A DNA stretch of 64,000 nucleotides from Zootoca vivipara (taxonomy: Eukaryota): the NCBI RefSeq assembly GCF_963506605.1, contig NC_083278.1, positions 63,860,001 through 63,924,000 on the forward strand. The letters run 5' to 3'. The position numbers were made by a program, and so were the translations under genes. This document shows positions 47,502-59,500 of this stretch, in pieces (the first letter of the stretch is position 1; each line of letters begins with the position of its first letter). The notes under the pieces are model-generated. The model did no database searches, was not told the DNA's origin, and was given only the letters and a program-made list of their open reading frames with translations.

Positions 47502-50500
47502 ATACCGCTCTATATATGGAGGTCTCAGGGCAGTTCACAAAACAAAATCAAAATATAAAACCACAAAATATGTAATCAAAATAAAAACAACAACCCGATA
47601 ACCCCGCCAAGATAATTTTTTTAAGGGCATAGGATGTCTATCAAATCAACCAAAGGCCTGGTTAAACTTTTTTGCCTGGTGCCTTTTTAAGAGTGTGTAT
47701 ATGTTAAAAATAAAATATTTGTATGTTAGTCCTCTGTGATAGATCCATCTGGGTAGCCACATTATGATAAACAGCACATGAATTGCATCCCACCAAGTTC
47801 ACTTGAATCAGGGCAATTTTGAAACCAATGTTGCCTTTCAGGTTTTAGAAGCGTTGGCGTGGTGGTGCACCAGCCAAGGACCCATAGTCTGGGGGAAGGA
47901 CCATTGCTGACCTGAGGTGTTAAGCAAGTTCATATAGTTTATGCACAATATTTGTTTTTTGTTTTTTCAGGCCAAGCAAGCAATTCTTGAAATGGATGCT
48001 ATCTGTAAGTATATTTGCATATAACTATTCATTTGCATTTTAATTTTTTTTAAATTAAAAAACTCGGGGAAATATTTAGTAGACAACTGGATGTATTAAT
48101 TTTAGCTGTCACAATGTTTTCTGGTTCCGGCTCAGAGCTTTTGAATAAGAACGTGGGTGAGACTTTTAGATACTTTTCCTCTTGTACAATTTCTTTCAGT
48201 AAGGTAGATACACTAGCCACAAAGTCACTGGGTAGCCTTCCATGTGTCACAGTGTCTAAACTCAAATCTCTAACATGAGAATAATATTGCTGGCCTATTT
48301 TACAGAACTCTTGTAAGGATTACTGAGAATGTACATGACGCACGCTCAGGAAAAGTTGCTGCTACCACCACTGTTTACAGGACCCGTAACGGAGAATCTT
48401 TGCTAGTAGCAGTTAATTAAATATTTTCAGACACGGCTGCAGAACAGCAATAGTGTTTGGATGATTGGTGCTGCCGGTGAGCCCCAGTGGGATTGACTCT
48501 GCTAGGCAGTTCCCCATTGGCTGATTGTTGGTTACAACAAGTCCCTTTGAAATCTCGCTATCAGTGTCAGTCACCTGACCTTTGAAGTTGTCACCTGACT
48601 TCGTAAGGAATTTCAGTAAGATTATATAATATATGACCTATTAGTTTTTGAACTTTATTAAGAACTAGCAAAATTATATGATACGCAATGCTCTACATCC
48701 ATGTGTATTTATGAAGAGCTTTTACACTCCTTGTTGGGGAGAATTCTACAAGGTGAGGCAGTTTCTCCCTCCAGCATAGAGCTAAGCCACCCCAGTTTTA
48801 GGGCTGTAACTGGTTTTGACCCCTTCATGGATCACTACCTTGTCGTGGCGAGGGGGCTTGAATAACTCCAGGAAGCTATGAGTTTTGCCATGCAGGGACA
48901 CCCAACACGGACAGGTCATAGCCAAGAGTTTAGACTAAATGTGATCCACCTGGAGAAGGAACTGGGAAACCACTCCAGTATTTTTCCAAGAAAACTCCAT
49001 GGACATAAAAAAGGAGCAGCTTTGAGAAGAAAGTGATGAACTATGCTGTCTTTTCAATTCATTTTTAATATCACCCTTCCAAGGGACTGTTATTATGCAT
49101 GCAGAATGTCTTCTCCAAAATTGTGTGTGGAGCGAAAGACATTTACATAGCTTGTATGTTGGTAGCCATGGAGGCAGTGAGAGATTTTACTTTCTTGGGC
49201 TCCTTGATCACTGCAGATGGTGACAGCAGTCACGAAATTAAAAGACGCCTGCTTCTTGGGAGAAAAGCAATGACAAACGTAGACAGCATCTTAAAAAGCA
49301 GAGACATCACCTTGCCGACAAAGGTCCGTATAGTTAAAGCTATGGTTTTCCCAGTAGTGATGTATGGAAGTGAGAGCTGGACCATAAAGAAGGCTGATCG
49401 CCGAAGAATTGATGCTTTTGAATTATGGTGCTGGAGGAGACTCTTGAGAGTCCCATGGACTGCAAGAAGATCAAACCTATCCATTCTTAAGGAAATCAGC
49501 CCTGAGTGCTCACCGGAAGGACAGATCGTGAAGCTGAGGCTCCAATACTTTGGCCACCTCATGAGAAGAGAAGAATCCTTGGAAAAGACCTTGATGTTGG
49601 GAAAGATGGAGGGCATTAGGAGAAGGGGACGACAGAGGACGAGATGGTTGGACAGTGTTCTTGAAGCTACGAACATGAGTTTGACCAAACTGCGGGAGGC
49701 AGTGGAAGACAGGAGTGCCTGGCGTGCTATGGTCCATGGGGTCAAGAAGAGTCGGACACGACTAAACGACTAAACAACAACAACAACAACAACATGTTGG
49801 TAGCCAAGACATTTCCCAAGCACCCCTCTCAAAGCTATTCACTAATATGAAATAAAACTGAAAAGTATCTGTCAGAGGTTCTTGTGGCTACTCTTGAGTA
49901 ACGACGCTCCACACCTCCTTGTCTTTAAGGTGTTTTTATTGTGCATATTATTTACAGTGCAAAGAATCTGGAAAACATGTCTGCTTAGTCCGAGTCAGAA
50001 CCTCGCAATGGCTTCTTCATGTTTCGCGCCCAACATAACAGCTTGGGAACCCCAAAGCGCCTCCCTCTCGCCCTCCGGGGTGCCGTGCGCCTCAATTCAG
50101 GCGTCGGGGGGGGGCGTCCTTCTGACTGCTCTCCAGTGGCCAATCCCGTCATTTCCTCCCCAGCTGCTTCCTTCTCTACTTGGTGTTGAGGCTCTCGCAT
50201 GCTGTCAGAGCTTCTCACCTCCCTCTCTACTTCCTGATTCCTGTAATCTGATCCACTACTGGACTTGCTGCTCTGCGAAGAGCTCAACCTGATGGGGAGC
50301 GCTGTTCTCTATAAGCCCTCCCCCTTACAGTATCCTTGGGAACAATCGGGGCATTCTCAAATTGTTCCTAGGTGACTGCAGCCCAGGCATAGGCAAACTT
50401 GGCCCTCCAGGTGTTTTTGGACTACAATTCCCATCATCCCTCACCACTGGTTCTGTTAGCTAGGGGTGATGGGAGTTGTAGTCCCAAAACATCTGGAGGG

Positions 50501-53500
50501 CCGAGTTTGCCTATGCCTGCTCCAGCCTTTAAAACCAAGCCTGCTTCTCTCTGCATTGTCCTATTCTAGGTTTTGTTTGTTAGTTGCACTTCACTGTGAT
50601 GAAGCTTTGAGAAATGTAATGCTCTAATCTTAAAGTCTTCTCCAAGAGCTCACCTGATGTACATACATATTGTTTCTCTAATTTCTTTATAGATCACCCA
50701 GGATTCCATTATAGCCCAGAAGGAGAAATGAAAGCATCGAGTAATTCTAAAGAAGGAATCGCCCCACAGAGGGTGAGAAGGAAGTCAGGTAATAAAATAT
50801 TTTATTGTGATTTCCTATATGAACCTTCTTTTACAGTCAGGTCATCCGAAATATCCTTGTACTTCCTGGTCCCCCACCATCAGAAAAGTGGTGAGTTGTG
50901 CTGTGCCTTTTCAATAGCAGCACCAAGCCCCATGGAAGAGGTAAGGAAACTGTGGTCCTCCAGATGTTAGCAAACTACAACACCCATCATTCCTGACCAT
51001 TGGCCATGCTGGCTGGAGCTTATGGGAGTTGAAGTTCAACAACGTCTGGAGGCTACATGTTCTCCATCCCTGGTGTAAGCCCTGTTTTGAGAACTTCTTT
51101 GCCTGGCACTGACTAACACATATAATTCGGTGTAAAACCAAAGTCCAAAGCAGTCCACTAAGTTTTTCTCGGGTGTTACTGTTTCTCTTTTGGCTGTTGT
51201 TGGTTGTAAGGTAAAGGTAAAGGGACCCCTGACCGTTAGGTCCAGTTGCGGACAACTCTGGGATTGCGGCATTCATCTCGCTTTACTGGCCGAGGGAGCT
51301 GGCGTACAGCTTCCAGGTCATGTGGCCAGCATGACTAAGCCGCTTCTGGCAAACCAGAGCAGCGCACAGAAACATCGTTTACTTTCCCGCCGGAGCAGTA
51401 CCTATTTATCTACTTGCACTTTGACGTGCTTTCAAACTGCTAAGTTGGCAGGAGCTGGGACCGAGCAATGGGAGCTCACCCTGTCACAGGGATTCAAACC
51501 GCCGACCTTCTGATCGGCAAGCCCAAGGGGCTAAGTGGTTTAACCCACAGCGCCACCTGCGTCCCTGTTGTTGGTTATAGTTGGGATTATTTAGGATACT
51601 TTTTATAATATCTTTTAAATCAGGAGACAGCATAAACATTTTGAACAAAAGCACATGTGTTTTTCCCGCAGAACCTTCATCCAGAGCCCATAAAATCATA
51701 AAGCCAAGTGGTGAGTTACAGTGTGTCCTGTAGGTGATATTATGCATTAAGTATTACAAATCATATGGCACCTTTGACTGTTTGATTAAGTATATGCAAA
51801 TAAAAATAAAAAACCTGTTGTCCTGGGGAGGAGTTGAGTCGTGTTCTGTCTCTTGTCAGGGGAGGAATGTCAGATTTGTCAAATATCTGACACACAAAAA
51901 GAGCAACCTTCAAAAACCAGCAGGCAAACCTTTCAGTTTTGAATGGCAGGGGGAGTCTTTCACATGGGAGAAATTTATTACAAAAATGTTCAAGCATGCT
52001 TGCCTTATCTATTGATGGGGCCCATGTTAAACGCAGTAGTTTGGTTTATAACTTCCATTTTAAAGTCAACTAGTGTTTTAGACTTAAACCTGTTTTCCAC
52101 AAATGCGGAACATACCGTAATATTTTTACTAAGTGATACTTAAGATTGTTTTGTTTTTGTTTCCCACCAATAATTTCAGAAATGGATCCAGACATGAAAA
52201 AGGTAAGCCATATCATTCTCCGCACCCCCAGTGGCTTGAAAGTTATTTTCGAAAAAGTTAGATTTGAAGTACTAAATACTTCTTCTTGTAACTTTAGAAC
52301 AGTTTGTTTTCCTTTTTCCACTTACGATTGTTATCCATGCCTGCCACCTAGTGGCTGTCATGGTCTTCCCCTTCTCTACCTCCAGTTGTGCACAACTGCA
52401 AACAATAAGGTTGGCATACAGCATTTTATTCCTGAGGCAGGAAATCTGAATATTCCCCCACCTTTACAAACCATAACATGCAAACAATCCACCTGGAGGT
52501 TTCCCTGTGCAGTCACCATTGACATGAATAGAGCTATGCAATAACATGATCAATTATGTGCCATGCGTCAAACATGTCTGTCTCCCGTTTTGCCCCCCTC
52601 AATGGTATCCCAGCTCTGTTACCCTTTGGGTGTCATGGTAGGGCAGTTTTGGAACATAACAAAGGGTGGGGAAAGAGACCAGAGAGACTAAGTAGTGCTG
52701 CCTACCACATACTCTCTTGATGCCTCTAAGCCAGAAATTGGCCACCTATGGTTCTCCAGATGTTGTTGGACTACAACTCCCAGCATTCTTGACCATTGGC
52801 TGTGGCTGATGGGAACAAGAGCCCAACAACATCTGGAAGATAGCAATATCCCCACTTCTGCACTAAACTTGTGGTCATTTCACTTTCCTTTTGCTGCTCC
52901 GTGTTCTGATATTAAGCCACATACATTTCCTATACATCGGTGTGTGTCTACTACTGAGCAATAAAATTTATGTGAGAGATGATTTAAAAAGAGACCAAAT
53001 ACATGATGTGTGGTTTGTGCACATTTATATATGCATATATTTGCATGTTTATGTATATGCATGTGTGTGTGTGTGTTTGAATGTGCTACACACCCACATG
53101 AGAATAGCTGCTGACCTAAATATAGCTTTAAACTGATAAGGATGGGACCTGGTGCTTCATATAAATATGTATTTTCCCTCCAAGCGGATCAGTATTGAAG
53201 GAACCCTGCTATCTCAGGCTGAAGCCCTCCTCAGTCCTAGGAAAAAGTTTTCACTGAATCACAAAGGACTGGACTCCAATGAAGTGGCCTATAGTAGCGA
53301 CCAAGAGGATAATGCCCTCACTGGTGTTATGGATCAGACTGATGCTGACGACGAGGAAGAGGCTGAACAGGTAGCCAACTTGCTTTGTGAAATGGAAAGA
53401 GGAACAGTACGGTGTGTGTCAGATATGGGTACATAAAGGATGAGAATTACTGGTGCTTGAAGGATTGATTTCTGTTAATTCCAATGTGAACCTACCTGAT

Positions 53501-56500
53501 CCACACTTCCCAGATTGCATGTGTATATTTATACAAAATATACACTTCTGTATATTTGTACAAAATCTTTTTTGCATGATTATTATTTTAAAATAATATT
53601 ATTTTGAAAAATAGTAATAATTCATTGCATTTTTTATGGAAATTTCTAGAGGCCAAGGGCCATTCTTCTTTTCCCTGTCTGTGCTCTGGCAGGCTTTCTG
53701 AGCTTGTAACAAGACTTGCATATATTCCTAGCCGTTGTCCATTTATTTGAAAGGAAAATACCACCACCCAAATACCACCTACATTCATGAAATGTAGGCT
53801 TTCAGAATGATGGCATCACAGCTACCATATCAATCAGAAAGCAATTCCAGAATACTCTTCCTGGGGCCCACCATCTACCCTGCAACAAGCAAAATATATG
53901 TCCTTTGTCACAAACATTTTGTGTTAGCGCACTGCCTTTTGCTGACCTCTGTCAGCTTAGGAGGCCCCACCAGAGAGTCCTTTCCACTGTAATAATGCAA
54001 TATCTTGTTGAACACTTGACATTTCTGAGACTTGGCTTTGGCTCAAGGCCTTTCTGTGTAAAGGACTATGTGTCATCTGTAACCCTTCTGTTTTCTGCAG
54101 ACCACACAACAAAATTCCCAGCAGAAACCAAAAGGAGGCCGTAAAAGGTTAAACAGTCAAGTTGCTGAAAATTTTGAGAAACGAAGAAGTGTGAATCTCA
54201 GTAAATGTGAAATTCAGGTACAGTCGTTATGGAAAAGGGGTTTTATAATTTGTCAACTTAATGTATTAAGTGGTGCAAAATAAAATGTCTCCTTTTGCAG
54301 GCGTTTCAAAGGAGGTTTTAAGGAGAGAAACATTCAAATTTTGCTTTTAAAAAGCCAGGAAAATAATGCAGTGCACCCCTATCCCTGGTTTCTTGAGAGT
54401 AAATCCCACTGACTGTGTTCAAAGGGACTTACTCATTTGTGCAAGCCTAAGGAACCCAGAGGCTCCTGGGTGTTCTGAACCATCTGGAGGAGCCTGCAGA
54501 CAAATGCTTGTAAATGGCTAGGGTATAGGAGAGGCAGAATGGATGGTTGATGAATGGAGTATGTGTTTGTGCATGGGGTTTGTGTAAGAGATGAATGGAT
54601 GCTGAAGGGGGGATGATTAAAGGCAGAAAGAGAAGGAAAAGAGGTGGCCCCACCCACTTTTTGTATTTGTTCTGTCCAACACCAATATGTAGCACCTAGC
54701 TAGTTTCCCTCAAGGGAATGAGACTTCAACTTCATTTTTTTTTTAAAGAAATTTTTATTGATTTTACAAAACAAAACATACAGTATAACCCTGTCCCTTC
54801 GTTTTCCCTCCACACACCGGTCCACTTCTGCCACCAGTAGGACCCGTGTGCTTTAAGAATCAAAGGGGTCCAATTATGAATTGAGTTCTGCTTCCCCCCT
54901 CCCTCCTCCCCCCATATCCCCCCCCCCTGCCACTGAGAGAACAGGTAGGGAAGAGTTATGGGGATCTGCATCCCCCAACTCTTTCTTAATCATATTAACA
55001 AACCTAAAAGAAAAAGAAAGAAAGAAAAAACAAAAGAAAAAACAGAAGAAAAAAATTGGGAAGAATTCAAACTTCCCAGTTCTTATTATTTTAACATCTT
55101 AATTGCGACTCCCTCGGTAGTCTTCCTCATGGTTTTCCAACAAAAACTGATTACTTGTGGCGAATTTTCCAACTCAGTTTCAAATCTTAATCTTATAATA
55201 TTAACTCAATCCTCCTCCTTTTTCATGCTGTCCCCCCACAGGCCCCCCCCTGCCACAAGAGGTACCTGCAGGGTAACAGCACTTCCAAGGTTCCATTTCC
55301 TCCTCACCCATCTGGGCACCCCCTGCCACTGAGTGCCTCAGAATAAGAAGAGGAGGGTGGGCAGCTTTCTGCCTAAACACCTCACTTAACCTGCAATAAT
55401 TTACAATCACTTAAAAGTTCTTTCCCAACCATTCTTATACTCCCTTAAGGAAACATAACTTTTTTTTCCCTTTCTTTTTACATTCTATTTCCTCTCCCCA
55501 AGTCTTTTTCCCCCAATTGGTTCAGCGTTTCCATTGTCAAGCCAAGATTTCGAAAACCGTCTTTCAGAGACCAAAACAATACCTTTTAACTAAAGTTTTT
55601 ACCCCACACCCATTCTTTCCCAGATCCATCTCCAGACCTTTGCCCCCCTTTGCCCCTGTCCTTCCCATCCCACAAAAACCCCACTCCACATTTTAACCCT
55701 TCCAGGATTTTCAATTCCATTAGACTTTAAGTCCCTTTGTCTCTCATCTTCTTGTTCTGCTTGTTTTTCTCCCTTTTGGAGGTCATCTTTTGCTTCATCC
55801 CAAACAAATTTGTTATAGTCCAAGTCCTCTTCAAATTGTTTCTTATCACCCACAGTCTCAGAGTCAATAATCTCCAAATTTGAATTAACCTCTAAGTCCT
55901 GGACTTGGACTTCAATCTCAACTGGTGGTGAGCTGGGATGTTGCCGTTCCTTGTAAAAATCTTCCCATGACAGCAAGTAGTTCAGCACAGTCTCCTGGAA
56001 GGCTCGAGAAAGTTTTGTTTTCATACCTCTCGTAACCGCAGATAAACAGGGTGTAGGGAACAATGGGTACTGGAAAATTCCTTTCTCAGACGATCGACTC
56101 CATTTTGGCTGTTCTTTTTCTTAGTTCTTAACTCAGTCCCAAATCCATTCTTACTTCCAATTTAAGTAATTCTTTGACAATTCCAAACAATTTTTCCTGT
56201 TCACAGCAGTGCAATCAATCCACCCGGTCTTTTGACAGTTTGGCAGCTTTTGACAGCTGTCAAAACGCTCTTCTCTTTAATACCGCTGTACCTCAAGGGG
56301 TGCCGGACTCAGGGGCTGAGATGGTTCCAAAAAGTCTTTTTTCCCTCTCGGGTCCACAGTTTCAAATTCTTTTGTTATTCGGCTTAGGATTTTTTTTTTC
56401 CAAACGCCTCCCAGTTTCCCATTAGGAAGAGACCGGTCCGTTTCTTTAAAGTCTCTCCTATTTTCCAATCAGCAAATTTAAGGTCCAAATCAAAGTTCCA

Positions 56501-59500
56501 CTTACTTCTTTAGGAATCTTTAGTTTCAAATCGGAAGAATCCGCCGCTTGCCGGGTCAGGACTCGGAGCTTCGCTTCCCGGAGGCAAGATGTGGCCCAAA
56601 ATGGCTCCCGCGGTTCAACCCCGCCGGCTCACGATCGCTCTATTGAGCTCTCGGGCGGCAGGGGATCCGCCAAACGGAGCGGCCGCTGGGCTCCTGAGTC
56701 ATCGGAACTCTCGATCCGATGTTTTTACGGGGAGTCCGCTCGCTCTGCGTACTTCCCCCCCCTCCGAGAAGCCAGGGACCTCGGCACGCGAAAGTCCCTG
56801 CGTCCTTCTCACCGCCGCGACGAACCGGAAGTCTCGAGACTTCAACTTCAGTAAAGGGTGCCCTCCTCTTATATGTGATTATGATTCTGCATATTAGTTA
56901 GATCATAGACTAATAGTGTGCTCTGTTTCAAAACTTCATAGAATGCAAAGGAGCCTGCAAATGAAGCACCTTCCCAGGTCAACGCAAAGCTTTCCTTTTC
57001 CTGCAGTGGAGGTGGTCATCCATCTCGGCAGTTTGCACCGCAAAACAGCTCATTTATGGCAAATATTTTGGGTAGAACAGATGCGGTGAGAAACATCTGG
57101 ACAGACCACCAGATTCGGCAAGCCCTGTTCCCAAGCAGACGCCCCCCGCAAGAGAACACAGAGGATGAAGATGATTATCAGATGTTTGTACCGTCAGAAT
57201 CAACGTCCAACTTGGTTTCCATCGCCTGTGAAGAGAGAGGGCCTTCAGGCCGCCCTTGCAGCTGGCACGTAGGACTAGCTCATCAGAGGGACATTTCTAG
57301 CTCTAACTCTCATAGAATTGTGAGGAGGGCCAGCAGTGCTGGGGAAAGTAAAACTTCTCCGTCTGGTTCAAGATACAGAAAAAATGACCTTGGTCTGAAT
57401 GCTACTTGGAATGAAATAAAAAGTTCCAGGAGTGACATGGACAATCTGCAGGTATACCTAGAATCTTCAGAAGAACTTACTATTGATGACATAGATCATG
57501 TCTATGACAATATAAGTTTTGAAGATTTGAAACTAATGGGCCTCACTCGGAGGGAAGCGTCTGACCGTGCTCCACAAGGGTCAGCTAGAGACTCACTCTA
57601 TGAGGCTCAAGACCAAGACATTGCTTTCAATAAAAGGCAGGCACCTCAAAGCAGGACCTCTATTTCTACCAGCAGAAATGAAACTACTCCCAGGAGAGGA
57701 ACTCCACCTGTAAGCTCTCATGATCTAAGGATCAGTGAGGAAAATATCTATGATACCATAGTCCTCCCAGAGCAATCAGTGACAAATTTCAAATGTGATC
57801 GCCTTAAGTGTTCCAAAAAGAGGAGTTTTCTGGGTCTGGAAACAGATTTTGCATGCTGTGACCACCTGCGACAGTTTGTTTCTGAAGAAAGCCTCCATTT
57901 CAGTGAAGATGAAAATCCCTATCATTGTGTTCCATTAGATCATGATTATTTGAGCTTAGTGGATAGCTCATCAAACTCTGATTCACACTCTCACAAATCT
58001 GCTGCGGACAAATTATCTGAGGAAGTGGATGAAATCTGGAATGACCTGGAGAATTACATCAAGAAGAATGAGGAAAAGACGAGAGACCATGTCCTTGCAG
58101 CTTTTCCTGTCTGCAAAGATGACATAGACAACAACACGCCTACTAGAACTACTTGTGAGTTAAATAAAGATGTGGGATATTCACTCCCCCCTCTCTCATT
58201 GCCAGAAACACCTGTTTTCCCAAAAGCTTTGCCCAACAAAGTTGCCAGGTTGAGTGAAGCCAACCTCAGATTCGAGGAGGAAGCATCACTATGTAAGGAA
58301 ACACCATGTAGAGCAAATTCCTTGATGAGTCTCAACAGATCTTCCCTCTCCAATGAGAGAGCTTTTGTAGATAGTCTTTATGAAACTGCCAGTAGTATTC
58401 TGTGCAGTGCAAATGCAGAAAGTACTGACAATGAACTGGATGCTGTGGATAAAACAAAGAACCGGGTTTTCACAATGGCCAGACAGTACAGCCAAAAAAT
58501 TAAGAAGGCAAACCAGCTTTTGAAAGTAAAAAGCCCAGAACAAGAGCAACTTCTGAGCCGGCAACATAAATCAAGGCACAAGGACTTAGCAGCCATTTTG
58601 GAAGAGAAGAAACAAGGAGGCCCTGCCATTGGTATGCTGACAATGTTGTTGTTTTAAACCATTCTTACATTGAATACTTTGAATGCCTGTACCTTTGGAG
58701 GAGGTGCACACAGGTAACTTAGCAGCCTTTTACAGAGAAACCCCTATTTTGTGGACAGTGTAGGTGTGGGCCTGGTGGAGGCCAACATATACAACCCCAC
58801 ACTCTCCCTCTGTGATCTTAATTGTATATTAGTAAAAGGTAAATGTAAAGGGAGTCTGACCGTTAGGTCCAGTTGCGGGCAACTCTGGGGTTGTGGTGCT
58901 CATCTCGCTTTACTGGCCGAGGGAGCCAGCGTACAGTCCAGGTCATGTGGGCAGCATGACTAAGCTGCTTCTGGCGAACCAGAGCAGTGCACAGAAACAC
59001 CATTTACCTTCCCGCTGGAGCGGTACCTATTTATCTACTTGCACTGTGTGCTTTCGAACTGCTAGGTTAGCAGGAGCAGGGACCGAGCAACGGGAGCTCA
59101 CCCCATTGCAGGGATTCAAAATGCCGTGTATAGTAGTAATAACATCCAAATAAGGCTCTAATAGAGTGGGGAATGTAGCTAAGGCTACAATCCTATGCAT
59201 GCTGACTTGTCAGTAAGACCTATTAGAATCAACAGGACTTATTAAAAAGATGCGTCCTTACTACGCTATAAATTTAACTCCCATGTTACAGCCTTTTTAT
59301 AATATGCAATGCAACTTTGTTTTGACCATTGTGTCCTCTGTCACACTTTTCTTTAGGTGCCAGAATTGCTGAATATTCCCAGCTCTACGATCAGATTGTT
59401 TTTCGGGAAACCTCACCCCAAAAGACCAGTTCTCAAGACCCATCAAACATAAGGTATTCCTCACCAGTGTCAACATCTCAGTTAGCTGCGGAATGCTTCA

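Noticed and set aside
49099-49773. 224-aa ORF as a host gene
   Set aside because: It is the C-terminus of BovB ORF2 in a 5'-truncated insertion; the ATG comes from flanking DNA
58054-58629. Minus-strand ORFs over the large exon
   Set aside because: Antisense shadows of the PLEKHG1 coding frame
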